Shown: positions 44,061-56,732, counted from the stretch's first letter. The stretch is 59,097 bases of DNA from Eubacteriales bacterium (GCA_045536065.1 JAZSMV010000019.1:1-59097); one strand, 5' to 3'. Made by a program: numbers and translations. The notes: a model not told the origin generated them from the sequence alone.

Positions 44061-44234
44061 AATTTTTTCTTCCTTTATATATTATAAATAGGGAATACCC
44101 TTAAATATTATGGCATAATTTGACCTTAAAGTCAAGTTTTTTTATTCTTAACATTTATTACATTGACATTTGTCTACCTTTATGATATTATTTACTAAGA
44201 AAATAAAGAAAGGGTTTTTAGTCTTATCAATAAA

Positions 44235-44999
44235 ATGAGTTCAAAGAAAAATGGCGGCGGCTTCTCTGCCTTCGCTAAAAAATATGAAAAAATAACCAGA
44301 GCTCTGCTGATGCTTCTGATATTCGTTGTCATCTCACTTGTGTCTGCGGTTCTGCTCTATGCCTTTGGCGTTATCTACTACGACGAGGGCATCCAGATAA
44401 ACAAGGATCTGTTTCTCTACTTCTCTACCACCTGGTACGGATGTATTGTAATAATTATTGCGCAGGTTATCATAACCTCACTTCTCTCCTTCGTGCCCGG
44501 AGCATCGATGGCATTCATTATTTTACTTCAGTCGCTGTACGAGGAATCCTGGGTGGCGTTTATCGTCGCATTCTCGGGCGTAATGCTCTCCAGCATTATG
44601 ATGTATCTGATCGGAAGATTTGGCGGATACGGTCTTGGTAAAAAGATCATCGGCGAGGAGGATTGTAAGAAGGCATCCGAGCTTCTGAACAACAAGGGAC
44701 TTATCTACTTCCCTATGATGATGATGTTCCCCGTTTTTCCCGACGACGCTCTTGTAATGGTTGCGGGAACGCTGAAGATGTCGCTTAAGTGGTTCATTCC
44801 TTCCATCGTTTTCGGCAGAGGAATTGGCGTTGCGACAATCGTATTCGGCTTCTCCATCGTGCCCTTCGATAAGTTCACTTCTCCCTGGCATTGGGTACTC
44901 TTTATCCTTGCTTGCGCCCTTGTAATTGTGGCTGTATTTTTCGCCGCAAACAGGTTCAATAAGTACATGGAAAAGAAGAGAAATTCGAGTGAAAATTAA
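44235..44999 (+). CDS. TVP38/TMEM64 (DedA-related) family membrane protein
   Basis: 254-aa polytopic membrane ORF. The motifs GRFGGYGLGKK and FPDDALVMVAG are typical of this family. Confidence 0.7.
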   Translation: MSSKKNGGGFSAFAKKYEKITRALLMLLIFVVISLVSAVLLYAFGVIYYDEGIQINKDLFLYFSTTWYGCIVIIIAQVIITSLLSFVPGASMAFIILLQSLYEESWVAFIVAFSGVMLSSIMMYLIGRFGGYGLGKKIIGEEDCKKASELLNNKGLIYFPMMMMFPVFPDDALVMVAGTLKMSLKWFIPSIVFGRGIGVATIVFGFSIVPFDKFTSPWHWVLFILACALVIVAVFFAANRFNKYMEKKRNSSEN

Positions 45000-45362
45000 C
45001 CCTCAAAAAGAGGCGAAAATCACACCTTGAAAAACGTCAAAAAACAGCTTCAAAAACGAAGCGAAAAAGACCTTATTTTTACCCTTAAAAATCCATCAAA
45101 AACAGCAACAAAGTAAGCTTAAAATCAGAGCGCTGAACCAGAGTGAAAATTAGCAAAATTTTAACCTGAAAATATCTCTGTTTCAAGAATCCAGATCCGA
45201 TCATTTTTGCTCCGATTAAGTGCACAGAATCACGAAACAAAACCGAGTAAAAACGGTGTTAAAATCATCTGAAAATCAAGCTAAAATTTCACCGATTAAA
45301 GCACAGAAATTCAGCTTATTTTGATGGCTTTGATCCTTAAAAAACAAATCAAGACAAACAAG

Positions 45363-45407
45363 AAAAAACACCTTCTGAAAGAGCACTTTTCGGGAGGTGT
45401 TTTTTTA
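45363..45407. terminator. bidirectional long hairpin at the A/T switch point
   Basis: A6-ACACCTTCTGAAAG-AGCA-CTTTTCGGGAGGTGT-T7. Confidence 0.7.
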
Positions 45408-45539
45408 TAAAAAGAAGGATGGATCATCAGATGGATTTCTCGGTTAAAAAAAGAGCCGTTTTTGCCCATTTTCAGTCTTTTTGGAGTTTTAAAAAAGGCT
45501 GAAATTTTAGTAAAAAGTTTGTTTTTGACCTTTAAAAAG

Positions 45540-45616
45540 TTGATTTTTTTGAAAATCTTTTTGAAATTATTCGAATTTTTCTTGATTTTTTTGAAATTTA
45601 CCTTGATTTTTTCGAA
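45540..45616. repeat. TTGATTTTTT(T)[GC]GAA motif x3 at 42- and 21-bp spacing
   Basis: Copies lie at 45540-45554, 45582-45596 and 45603-45616. They sit within degenerate ~20-21-bp T-tract units that extend to about 45660. Confidence 0.7.
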
Positions 45617-45954
45617 TTTTTGCTTAAAATTTTGAAATTTTGCGTGTTTTTTTGAAAAAACTTCATTTTTGCACTTTGTAAACTATAGTTACATAGATTT
45701 TTGCCTTTTAAGTCAATTTTCGGGGCGGTTTCAGAATGTTTTTCTAGCCGAAACTTCGGCAAATAGCATCCTTTTTTGCCTCCGTTTTGTACTTGTTTTT
45801 TAAGGCTTTTTTACGCAAAAAAACAGGCTTGTTTTTGGGGTTGTTTTTTATCATTTTCTTTCTTTTTTTCACTCTTTTTTGAGTAATAATTCTGCTTGTT
45901 TTGAAGCGATTTTTCCCGCCGTCCAAGGCCTGTTTTTTTATATCCTTTTTATAT

Positions 45955-45996
45955 AAAAATCACCTCTGATTTTTCCTTTCTTCAGAGGTGATTTTT
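45955..45996. terminator. bidirectional perfect hairpin
   Basis: A5-TCACCTCTGA-(12-nt loop)-TCAGAGGTGA-T5. Confidence 0.7.
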
Positions 45997-46202
45997 CCTT
46001 TTTATTCGACCGATTTTGAGGTCAAAATTTCTTTAATTTTATGTCTTATTTTTTTAGATTTTTTAGTCAAAAATCGATGCCAAATTTAATCCTTTCGAGG
46101 CAAGAATTTTATCTCTTTTTAAGGGGTAATTTTCGAGGTAATATAAGGCTGTTTTTCAGCTTGAAATTGCACCGATTTTTCACGGTTTTTTTACCTAAAA
46201 AA

Positions 46203-46919
46203 TCAGTCCTGATTTTCGCCTCTTGCAATATCCTTAATTACCTCGCCTGCGATGATAAGACCCATCACCGAAGGGACAAATGAGATGCTTGCAGGAACCC
46301 TTTTTCTCTCCCCGTCCGACACCTCGGGAGGTATGACGGGAGGCTCCTTTGAGTAGACTACCTTAAGGTGATTTATACCTCTCTTGCGGAGTGCTGTGCG
46401 CACCGCACGGGCGAGTGGACAAACGGTTGTTTTCGATATATCCGACACCTCAAACATCGTGGGGTCAAGCTTGTTGCCCGCACCCATTGCCGAGATGATT
46501 TTGCTTTTCGACTCCTTTACCGAGGCGATAAGCTCCACCTTCGCCGACAGCGAATCTATGGCGTCTATTACGTAGTCGTAGGATGAGAAATCAAAGTTGC
46601 CCTTGGTGTCCTCATCGAAAAATATATTGTAGCAGCCAACCGAAGCCACAGGGTTGATGGATGCGATCCTATCACGCATTGCCTCGGTCTTATACATACC
46701 AATCGTTTCGTGAGTGGCGATTATCTGTCTGTTTATATTCGATACAGCAACTCTGTCAGAGTCGATAAGGTCGATGTGACCCACGCCTGCCCTTGCCAGA
46801 GCCTCGGCGGCATAACCCCCTACTCCGCCAACGCCGAAAACCGCAACTCTTGCCGCAGCAAGTCTTGACACACCCTCGGCTCCGAGTAGCATTTCTGTAC
46901 GGGAATGTTGTTCGTTCAT
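46203..46919 (-). CDS. tcdA: tRNA threonylcarbamoyladenosine dehydratase (ThiF/MoeB-like)
   Basis: 238-aa ORF with VAVFGVGGVGGYAAEALARAGVGHIDLIDSDRVAVSNINRQ. Confidence 0.8.
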   Translation of the reverse strand: MNEQHSRTEMLLGAEGVSRLAAARVAVFGVGGVGGYAAEALARAGVGHIDLIDSDRVAVSNINRQIIATHETIGMYKTEAMRDRIASINPVASVGCYNIFFDEDTKGNFDFSSYDYVIDAIDSLSAKVELIASVKESKSKIISAMGAGNKLDPTMFEVSDISKTTVCPLARAVRTALRKRGINHLKVVYSKEPPVIPPEVSDGERKRVPASISFVPSVMGLIIAGEVIKDIARGENQD

Positions 46920-46956
46920 TTTTTCTTCCTTTATATTTATAAAGAGGTAACCTGAA

Positions 46957-48831
46957 TTATTTTCCGAGATAAATCAGCAAAACACTGATATCTGCAGGAT
47001 TAACTCCGCTGATGCGTGATGCCTGGCCTATGTTCATTGGTCTGATCTTGTCAAGCTTCTCCGCCGACTCAAGACGAAGGCCCACGATCTTCTTATAGTC
47101 TATGTCGGCAGGCAGACGCTTATCCTCCAGCTTGCGCTGTCTTTCCACCTCGGAAAGCTCACGCTTGATGTAGCCCTGATATTTTACCTTTATCTCAGCC
47201 GTTCTGATTACGGAGGAGGGTAGCTCGGGTCTGTCGGTATCAAGGCCGCAAATAGCCTTGTAGGACAGCTCAGGGCGACGAAGAAGCTCAGAAAGCTTAA
47301 TGCCTGTGCTGATCTCGGCAGAGCCAAGAGCTCTTAAAATTTCGTTATTCTTGTTGGAAGGAGGAATGGTGGTCTTTTCAAGCCTTTTTATCTCATCCTC
47401 GATCTGCTTATGCTTTTCAAGAAATGCAGCATATCTCTCCTCACCGATAAGCCCAACTCTGTGACCGATAGGTGTCAGTCGCTCGTCAGCATTATCCTGG
47501 CGAAGCAGAAGCCTGTATTCACTGCGTGAGGTCATCATACGGTAGGGCTCAGCGGCTCCCTTGGTTACAAGATCGTCTATGAGAGTACCGATATACGAGG
47601 AGGATCTGGGGAGAACCATAGGCTCCTCGCCCTTTTCCTTAAGTGCCGCATTTATTCCCGCCACAAGACCCTGCGCAGCCGCCTCCTCATAGCCCGAGGT
47701 GCCGTTGAACTGTCCTGCACCGTAAAGACCGCTTACAGCCTTAAATTCAAGGGTAGGATACATCTCGGTAGGATCGGCGCAGTCATACTCGATAGCATAA
47801 GCATAGCGCATTATTTCGGCATTCTCAAAGCCCGAAAGACTGTGAAGCATCTCATACTGCACGTCGGTAGGCATAGAGGTAGAGAAACCCTGAATATATA
47901 GCTCGTCGGTATCAAGGCCGCAGGGCTCTATAAAGAGCTGATGGCGTTCCTTATCCGCAAAGCGAACCAGCTTTGTTTCAATAGAGGGACAGTATCTCGG
48001 GCCCTCGCCTGTGATATTGCCCGAATACATAGCGCTTCTGTCAAGATTTGAGAGAATAATACTATGGGTATCCTTATTTGTATAAACTATATGGCAGGGA
48101 CGGATATTTACCTGGCAGGCAGGCTTTTTCTCGGTTCTGACAGAGTAAGGAACAGGCTCGTCCTCGCCCTCCTGGATTTCAAGAGAGGAAAGATCCACCG
48201 AGCGCAGATGCACTCTGGCAGGAGTGCCGGTCTTGAAGCGCTGAAGTGTCAGACCAAGCCCCAGAAGTGCCGAGGAAAGACCTACGGCAGGCATAAGACC
48301 GTCAGGACCTGCGGAAAACACCTTGTCGCCCACGAATATCTTGCTGTCAAGGAAGGTGCCGGTAGCAATTATTACACTGCTCGCCTGCCAGACCTCACCA
48401 AGAGCGGTCACAACACCTGTGACGCATTTTACTCCATCACGGTCCTCGGTGAGAATATCCACTATCTCCGACTGAATAAGGCGAAGATTCCTTTCGGACT
48501 CAAGAGTCCTTTTCATCTGTCTTTTATACTCTACCCTGTCAGCCTGAACTCTCTTGGAGTGAACAGCCGCTCCCTTACCAAGATTAAGCGTGCGTGACTG
48601 GATGGTGGCAAGATCGGCAGCATAGCCCATCTCACCGCCAAGGGCGTCTATTTCAAAGACCAGATGTCCCTTTGCGCTACCGCCGATAGAGGGGTTGCAG
48701 GGCATATTTCCAACTGCGTCAAGGTTGGTAGTAAACAGAACGGTGTCAACACCCATTCTGGCAGATGCAAGTGCGGCTTCAATACCTGCGTGACCCGCAC
48801 CAATAACAGCGACAGAAGTTTTAAGCTCCAT
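46957..48831 (-). CDS. mnmG: tRNA uridine-5-carboxymethylaminomethyl synthesis enzyme MnmG
   Basis: 624-aa ORF with VIGAGHAGIEAAL (FAD-binding) and GPRYCPSIE motifs. Confidence 0.96.
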   Translation of the reverse strand: MELKTSVAVIGAGHAGIEAALASARMGVDTVLFTTNLDAVGNMPCNPSIGGSAKGHLVFEIDALGGEMGYAADLATIQSRTLNLGKGAAVHSKRVQADRVEYKRQMKRTLESERNLRLIQSEIVDILTEDRDGVKCVTGVVTALGEVWQASSVIIATGTFLDSKIFVGDKVFSAGPDGLMPAVGLSSALLGLGLTLQRFKTGTPARVHLRSVDLSSLEIQEGEDEPVPYSVRTEKKPACQVNIRPCHIVYTNKDTHSIILSNLDRSAMYSGNITGEGPRYCPSIETKLVRFADKERHQLFIEPCGLDTDELYIQGFSTSMPTDVQYEMLHSLSGFENAEIMRYAYAIEYDCADPTEMYPTLEFKAVSGLYGAGQFNGTSGYEEAAAQGLVAGINAALKEKGEEPMVLPRSSSYIGTLIDDLVTKGAAEPYRMMTSRSEYRLLLRQDNADERLTPIGHRVGLIGEERYAAFLEKHKQIEDEIKRLEKTTIPPSNKNNEILRALGSAEISTGIKLSELLRRPELSYKAICGLDTDRPELPSSVIRTAEIKVKYQGYIKRELSEVERQRKLEDKRLPADIDYKKIVGLRLESAEKLDKIRPMNIGQASRISGVNPADISVLLIYLGK

Positions 48832-48872
48832 TTTTCCAACCTTTCTTTACATTTTTAGTAATTTTATATATT

Positions 48873-49646
48873 TTAGAAGCCAACGGGCGTAACATCGGTT
48901 ACTCTGCCCGTAGAAGTGTCGAGAGAAAAAACGACTCCGTCGGCGTGACATTTGCCGCTTGAAGCCTTAAAGGGATGAGGGAGATTTGAGCGCATGCGGA
49001 GAACCACCGTGTCGGGATCCATACCGAGCACGCCGTCGCCCTCGCCGCACATTCCCACGTCGGTAATATAGCCTGTGCCAGAGGGCAAGATACGGCCGTC
49101 AGCCGTCTGCACGTGAGTATGAGTGCCGAAAATTATGTTTATCTTACCGTCATAAGCATAGCCTGTGGCAAGCTTTTCGCCGGTCGCCTCGGCGTGAAAA
49201 TCAAGGATCGAGAAATCATACTGCCCCTCGGTCTCACGCAAAACCCTGTCAATATGAGTAAAATGCGAGTCGAGGACAGGATCGATATGCACCCTGCCGA
49301 GAGCATTGATAACCAGCATACGGTAGCCGTTGCAATCGAGAATAGTATATCCACGACCCGGCGCACCGTCGCCAAAATTTACAGGACGGATCATCTCCGC
49401 CGTGTCGTCAAGACAGGTATAAGCCTTTTTATTGCGCAGGGTGTGATTTCCACCCGTGATGCAATCTGCTCCCGAGCGAAGCAAAATTTCCGCAAGCTCG
49501 GGGGAAATTCCTGTGATAAAGGAAGCATTTTCTCCATTTACAACACAGAAATCGATTTTGTTCTGCTCTCTGAATTTCCAGAGATTTTTCTTGAGATGCT
49601 CAATTCCCGAAGGGCTGGTTACATCTCCGATTACGAGTATTTTCAT
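48873..49646 (-). CDS. ymdB: YmdB-like metallophosphoesterase (2',3'-cyclic-nucleotide phosphodiesterase family)
   Basis: The start at 49646 gives MKILVIGDVTSPSG. GENASFITG and GNH motifs are present. It lies directly downstream of rny, as in Bacillus. Confidence 0.85.
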   Translation of the reverse strand: MKILVIGDVTSPSGIEHLKKNLWKFREQNKIDFCVVNGENASFITGISPELAEILLRSGADCITGGNHTLRNKKAYTCLDDTAEMIRPVNFGDGAPGRGYTILDCNGYRMLVINALGRVHIDPVLDSHFTHIDRVLRETEGQYDFSILDFHAEATGEKLATGYAYDGKINIIFGTHTHVQTADGRILPSGTGYITDVGMCGEGDGVLGMDPDTVVLRMRSNLPHPFKASSGKCHADGVVFSLDTSTGRVTDVTPVGF

Positions 49647-49849
49647 TAATACAGCGCTTTCTATTCGGGTCATTCCCCGACGTAAATTTTTAATTTTTAT
49701 GGGGCTATCACGCTGTGAGAGCCCCATTGTGTAGTTATTAAAGTAAGTTAGATGATAAGTAGATAAAATTGATGAAGTGCTAGCTTTAATTATCGCCAGC
49801 CGTAGTTACCTACGGCAAGATAAGAAAAGCGACGCAATTCGCAATTTTA

Positions 49850-51391
49850 TCACTTAGCATAGTCTACGTGACGGGATTCACGAATAACCGATACCTTAAT
49901 CTGTCCGGGATAATCAAGCGAATCCTCAATCTTCTTGGCAATGTCACGTGCAAGGATCTTCATCTTGTCGTCGGAGATAACCTCGGGCTTAACCATGATT
50001 CTTACCTCACGGCCTGCCTGAATTGCGAAGGTCTTTTCAACACCCTCAAAGTCACCTGCAACCTCCTCAAGCTTCTGAAGACGCTTGATGTAGTTCTCTA
50101 CGTCCTCACGGCGCGCGCCGGGTCTTGCAGCGCTGATAGCGTCTGCAGCCTGAATGATGAAGTCAAGTGCGCTCTTAGGCTCTACGTCGTTGTGGTGAGC
50201 CTGAATTGCGTGGATAATATCCTTGTTCTCACGGTACTTGGTAGCAATATCAACACCAAGCTGAACGTGAGAGCCGTCAACCTCGGCAGTAACAGCCTTA
50301 CCGATATCGTGAAGAAGACCTGCTCTGCGAGCCTGAGTTACGTCAACGCCCATTTCCTCAGCCATAACACCTGCCAGCATAGAAACCTCTATGGAGTGGC
50401 GGAGAGCATTCTGACCGTAGGAGGTACGGTACTTCATACGGCCGAGCAGCTTAATAAGCTCGGGATGGAGTCCGTGAACACCTGTTTCGAAGATAGCCTT
50501 CTCACCCGCCTTCTTGATCTCAAGATCAACGTCACGGCGAGCCTTTTCAACCATCTCCTCAATTCTTGCAGGATGGATACGACCGTCGCTGATAAGCTTC
50601 TCAAGAGCGATTCTCGCAACCTCACGTCTCACGGGGTCAAATCCGGAAACGGTGATAACGTCGGGAGTATCGTCAATAATAAGCTCAACGCCGGTAAGAT
50701 TCTCAATAGTACGGATATTTCTACCCTCACGGCCAATGATACGGCCCTTCATCTCGTCGCCGGGAATCTCAACGACGGAGATAGCAATTTCGCTTACGTG
50801 GTCGGCAGCGAAACGCTGGATTGCGAGAGAAAGAATGTCACGAGCCTTGTTGTCTGCCTCGTCCTTAAATCTCTCCTCATACTCTGCGATCTTAAGAGCG
50901 GTCTCGTGCTGCATCTCCGAATCAAGACGTGCAACGAGCTCGGCCTTCGCCTCCTCGCTGGTAAGACCTGCGATCTTTTCAAGCATTGCAAGCTGTCCCT
51001 GTAAAGTTTTATTTACTTCTTCACGGGTTTTATCAGCATCAGCAAGCTTTTCGGTTAATGTTGCTTCCTTCTTTTCGATCTTCTCGAGCTTTGCATCAAG
51101 GGTCTCTTCCTTTTGGGTAATTCTACGTTCCTGTCTGGAAACCTCTTTGCGGCGCTCATTGAGATCACGGTCAGCTTCCTTTTTAAGCTGGAAAATTTCT
51201 TCCTTTGCGGAAATTATGGACTCTTTCTTTGCGTTTTCTGCATTTTTGATAGCATCTTCAAGGATCTTCTTTGCCTGTTCTTCGGCAGATCCGATTTTCT
51301 TCTCGGCTGAGAGCCTACGAAGTATAAATCCTAACGCAAGGCCAACGGCCAGTGCGACTACAATCAAAATTATAGCAAGTATGGGATCCAA
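49850..51391 (-). CDS. rny: ribonuclease Y
   Basis: 513-aa ORF with an N-terminal TM helix and a coiled coil. KH domain [12 protein letters not shown] and HD domain LLHDIGK are present. Confidence 0.96.
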   Translation of the reverse strand: MDPILAIILIVVALAVGLALGFILRRLSAEKKIGSAEEQAKKILEDAIKNAENAKKESIISAKEEIFQLKKEADRDLNERRKEVSRQERRITQKEETLDAKLEKIEKKEATLTEKLADADKTREEVNKTLQGQLAMLEKIAGLTSEEAKAELVARLDSEMQHETALKIAEYEERFKDEADNKARDILSLAIQRFAADHVSEIAISVVEIPGDEMKGRIIGREGRNIRTIENLTGVELIIDDTPDVITVSGFDPVRREVARIALEKLISDGRIHPARIEEMVEKARRDVDLEIKKAGEKAIFETGVHGLHPELIKLLGRMKYRTSYGQNALRHSIEVSMLAGVMAEEMGVDVTQARRAGLLHDIGKAVTAEVDGSHVQLGVDIATKYRENKDIIHAIQAHHNDVEPKSALDFIIQAADAISAARPGARREDVENYIKRLQKLEEVAGDFEGVEKTFAIQAGREVRIMVKPEVISDDKMKILARDIAKKIEDSLDYPGQIKVSVIRESRHVDYAK

Positions 51392-51524
51392 TTTACACCT
51401 CCTTCTGATTACGTTTTGTAATCTATATACATTGAATAAGATTTTATTGATATGGCGGGCGGTTTAACCAAAAAATAATAAACATATATTATTAACTGCG
51501 TATGCGCACACTCATACGTATATA

Positions 51525-51553
51525 ATTATATAATATATTTATCATAAAGTCAA
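51525..51553 (-). promoter_or_regulatory. sigma-A-type promoter for rny
   Basis: Minus strand TTGACT (51553-51548), 17-nt spacer, TATAAT (51530-51525). Confidence 0.5.
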
Positions 51554-51759
51554 GCGAAAATTTAGTAAAATAGTTTAACAGAAGGTAAATTAATCCATAA
51601 AAATCTATAAAAATAGCTAAATTTTATGCTCAGAGTGAGTAATTTTCCCGTTTTTTACACAATTTTATGTGGTTTTTGAATTTAAAGTAGTTTTTAGCAC
51701 TTTACTCGGTCTTTTGCCGAATGTTAACAAAAAATTCATAAAATAATCAACAAAAGTTC

Positions 51760-51788
51760 TTGACTTATGGGGCAAAATAGGGTATATT
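51760..51788 (+). promoter_or_regulatory. sigma-A-type promoter of the hrcA-grpE-dnaK-dnaJ operon
   Basis: TTGACT (51760-51765), 17-nt spacer, TATATT (51783-51788). Confidence 0.6.
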
Positions 51789-51801
51789 ATATACGTAAGC
51801 G

Positions 51802-51828
51802 TTAGCACTCTACTACATCAAGTGCTAA
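51802..51828 (+). promoter_or_regulatory. CIRCE operator (HrcA binding site)
   Basis: TTAGCACTC-TACTACATC-AAGTGCTAA compares with the consensus TTAGCACTC-N9-GAGTGCTAA with one mismatch. It lies 14 nt after the -10. Confidence 0.9.
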
Positions 51829-51853
51829 AATTTAGAGAGAAAGAGGTATTAAA

Positions 51854-52915
51854 ATGGATGATTCCCGACTTACCCCGAGAAAAATGCAAATACTCAAGGC
51901 CATAGTCGACGCCCATATTGCAGGCGGCGAGCCTGTAGGATCAAAATACCTTTCAAAAGAGACTCAGATCTCCTGCTCACCCGCCACTATCCGTAACGAA
52001 ATGGCAGAGCTTGAGGAGATGGGCTATCTTGTTCAGCCTCACACGTCCGCAGGAAGAGTTCCCTCGGAGCTTGCATACAGATATTACGTTGATGCCCTTG
52101 TGCATCAGTACGCAAACACCAGAGCAGAGATCGACGAGATCAACGAGTCGCTCCGCTACAAGCTCAGCGAGATGGATGAGATTCTTTCCGAGGTTTCAAG
52201 ACTTGCGGCATCATTCACAGACTACACCGGTATTGCTTTCAAGCCCGGCGCAGGTAAGGTTAGGATAGTTCAGTTCAAGAGCGTGCTGCTCTCGCAAAGA
52301 GATTTTCTTCTCATCATGACCTTTGAAGGCGAGATAGTCAAAACGAAGAATATTCGTCTGTCCTTCACCATCGGCGAGGATATACTCCGCAGATTTACAG
52401 AGGCGCTGAACATTTACCTTATAAATCTTTCAAGCGATGCGATCACAATGCCTACCATTATGAAGCTCGAGGCTATAATGGGCTCGGCAGGTGCGATGGT
52501 TCATCCCACTATCAAGGCTATATATGAGACCATGAACGAGCTTGACACCGCAGACGTTAAGCTTGAGGGTATAACAAAGCTGCTTCAGTATCCCGAGTAT
52601 TCGGATATTTCTGATTTTAGAAATCTGATGGGTATGCTTGAGGAAAAGGAGAAATTCCTTGACGTTATCTCAAGAGAGGCAGATCATGACAGCGATATTC
52701 ACGTTTATATCGGTACGGAAAGCGAGTCCGACGCTATGAGGAACACCGCACTGATCTTCAAAAAGGTGAATATCGGCGGCAAAGAGCTGGCGGTTGGTGT
52801 CATCGGCCCGAAGCGAATGAATTATTCCAAGGTTATCGAGATGCTCAACGGTCTTGCAGGCAGCATCGACAGAATTTTCAGCGAATCTGCTCTGCCCCCG
52901 GGATATGAGGATTAA
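51854..52915 (+). CDS. hrcA: heat-inducible transcription repressor HrcA
   Basis: 353-aa ORF with LTPRKMQILKAIVDAHIAGGEPVGSKYL and ATIRNEMAELEEMGYL. Confidence 0.95.
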   Translation: MDDSRLTPRKMQILKAIVDAHIAGGEPVGSKYLSKETQISCSPATIRNEMAELEEMGYLVQPHTSAGRVPSELAYRYYVDALVHQYANTRAEIDEINESLRYKLSEMDEILSEVSRLAASFTDYTGIAFKPGAGKVRIVQFKSVLLSQRDFLLIMTFEGEIVKTKNIRLSFTIGEDILRRFTEALNIYLINLSSDAITMPTIMKLEAIMGSAGAMVHPTIKAIYETMNELDTADVKLEGITKLLQYPEYSDISDFRNLMGMLEEKEKFLDVISREADHDSDIHVYIGTESESDAMRNTALIFKKVNIGGKELAVGVIGPKRMNYSKVIEMLNGLAGSIDRIFSESALPPGYED

Positions 52916-52957
52916 CCGAGGCTATTACAGAAAAACAACCGAAAGGATATTTTAAAA

Positions 52958-53488
52958 GTGGAAGAAAACAAGAATATTCCCGATACCGCAGAGGAAGCGG
53001 TGAAGGCGGATAAAAAGGATAAAAAAAGCTCAAAGCATGACAAGAAGCTTCTCGCAGAGATCGAGGAGCTGAAGGCAAAGCTTGCCGAGATGGATGACAA
53101 GTATCTTCGCATGGCGGCGGAGTACGACAACTTCAGACGCAGATCCAGAGAGGAAAAGGATGCGATCTACGAGAACGCAATGGCAGACACCGTAAAGGAG
53201 CTGCTTCCCATCATCGACAACCTTGACAGAGCGTCAGGCTACACCGAGGGTGACAAGATCCTTGAGGGTCTTGTGCTTATCGCAAAGGCGACCGGCTCGG
53301 TGTTTGAAAAGCTTGGAGTTGAGGAATACGGTAAGGTTGGCGAAAGCTTTGATCCCAACATTCACAACGCCGTTCTTCATATCGACGACGATTCCTTCGG
53401 CGAGGGTGAGATCGTTGAGGTATTCCAGAAGGGATACAGAAAAGGTAAGCATATAATTCGATTTGCAATGGTTAAAACCGCAAATTGA
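52958..53488 (+). CDS. grpE: nucleotide exchange factor GrpE
   Basis: GTG start. YLRMAAEYDNFRRR and GYRKGKHIIRFAMV motifs are present. Confidence 0.92.
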   Translation: MEENKNIPDTAEEAVKADKKDKKSSKHDKKLLAEIEELKAKLAEMDDKYLRMAAEYDNFRRRSREEKDAIYENAMADTVKELLPIIDNLDRASGYTEGDKILEGLVLIAKATGSVFEKLGVEEYGKVGESFDPNIHNAVLHIDDDSFGEGEIVEVFQKGYRKGKHIIRFAMVKTAN

Positions 53489-53519
53489 GGCAGTTTTGAC
53501 AACTTATATTTACAAATAA

Positions 53520-55385
<1,866 letters not shown>

Positions 55386-55538
55386 TTCTTTCGCAAGAAG
55401 ACTATTATCTATTAACTAATAACGTAGGGCGACTCTTGAATTGAATCTTGGGTTCGCCCTACAAGTTGTCTTGAACAAAGAGTAAAATTCATACATTTTG
55501 TAAATTATACCTTACATTTAGAGAGTAAAGGCAGTAAA

Positions 55539-56678
55539 ATGGCAGAAAATAAAAGAGATTATTATGAGGTCCTTGGTGTCTCAAAAAATGCAAACGAGGA
55601 CGAAATAAAGAAGGCTTATCGCTCTCTTGCGAAGAAGTATCACCCTGATATGAATCCCGGCGACAAGGATGCCGAGATAAAGTTCAAGGAGGTCAACGAG
55701 GCCTACGCTGTGCTTTCCGACTCAGAAAAGAGATCTAAGTACGACCGCTTCGGACACAACGCCTTTGATCCCGCATCAGGCGGAGGATACGGCGGTGGAT
55801 TTGGCGGCTTTAGTGGCGTTGACTTTGATTTTGGTGATATATTCTCCTCCTTCTTCGGCGGCGGATCTACATCGTCCAGATCAAGAGCAAATGCTCCCGT
55901 TGACGGCGATGACGTTGGTGCGCGCATTAATATTTCCTTCGAAGAGGCAGCCTTTGGTTGTAAAAAAGAGGTTAATTTCGCCAGAATTGAAAGCTGTCCC
56001 GACTGTAAAGGAAGCGGTGCTGAAAAGCAGTCAGATATTGAGAAATGTCCCGAGTGTAACGGTCTCGGCCGTGTTAACGTAAGACAGCAGACTCTACTTG
56101 GCTATATGCAGACCCAGCGTACCTGTCAGAGATGCGGAGGCAGAGGAAAAATCATTAAATCCCCCTGTAAAAACTGTAACGGAAAGGGCCGTATTCGTAT
56201 CAACAAGAAGCTTGAGGTAAACATCCCCTCGGGTATCGACGATAGACAGAATATTGTGCTTCGTGGTCAGGGATCTGCAGGAATCAACGGCGGTCTTAAT
56301 GGCGATCTTATCATCGAGGTCAGGGTTAAGGAAGATAAGATATTCAGGCGTGAAGGCAATAACATCTACTGCGAGGTGCCGATCAGCTTTGCTGAGGCAA
56401 CTCTCGGCGCAGAAATTGACGTTCCTGTTCTTGGCGGAGACACTGAAAAGTTCAAAATCCCCGACGGAACGCAGAGTGGAACTAACTTCACCCTTAAAAA
56501 CAAGGGTATTCCTGATATAAATACCAAGCGCAAGGGCGATCTGATTATCACCGTAGCGGTTGAAACTCCAAAAAATCTTAATTCCAAGCAAAAGGAGCTG
56601 CTTAAAGCATTTGCTGAGTCACTAGGCGAAAACAATAGCACAAAAAAGCAGAGCTTCTTTAAGAAGTTTTTTAAATAA
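55539..56678 (+). CDS. dnaJ: molecular chaperone DnaJ
   Basis: J-domain with KKYHPD, a G/F-rich linker and four CxxCxGxG zinc motifs. Confidence 0.97.
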   Translation: MAENKRDYYEVLGVSKNANEDEIKKAYRSLAKKYHPDMNPGDKDAEIKFKEVNEAYAVLSDSEKRSKYDRFGHNAFDPASGGGYGGGFGGFSGVDFDFGDIFSSFFGGGSTSSRSRANAPVDGDDVGARINISFEEAAFGCKKEVNFARIESCPDCKGSGAEKQSDIEKCPECNGLGRVNVRQQTLLGYMQTQRTCQRCGGRGKIIKSPCKNCNGKGRIRINKKLEVNIPSGIDDRQNIVLRGQGSAGINGGLNGDLIIEVRVKEDKIFRREGNNIYCEVPISFAEATLGAEIDVPVLGGDTEKFKIPDGTQSGTNFTLKNKGIPDINTKRKGDLIITVAVETPKNLNSKQKELLKAFAESLGENNSTKKQSFFKKFFK

Positions 56679-56732
56679 GACCAAGTTTCATCAATAAATA
56701 GTTAATCAAACAATAAAAGCAAATATAATTAC

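Larger units (their letters stand above)
45000..46202. other. 1.2-kb ORF-free A/T-asymmetric spacer between convergent genes
   Basis: It contains no credible ORF. The + strand is A-rich at 45000-45365 and T-rich at 45405-46200. See findings. Confidence 0.8.

Noticed and set aside
45744-46283. 60-aa (minus) and 80-aa (plus) ORFs inside the 1.2-kb spacer
   Set aside because: The translations are K-rich or F-rich, generated by A-tracts and T-tracts. There is no RBS. The 80-aa ORF runs into the 3' end of tcdA on the opposite strand.
49868-51467. 378-aa and 317-aa ORFs antisense to rny
   Set aside because: rny is unambiguous (KH and HD domains are present). The antisense ORFs are serine/leucine-rich shadows.
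51694-51702. Second CIRCE element upstream of hrcA
   Set aside because: Only a single half-site (TTAGCACTT) is present, without the inverted partner at N9 spacing.
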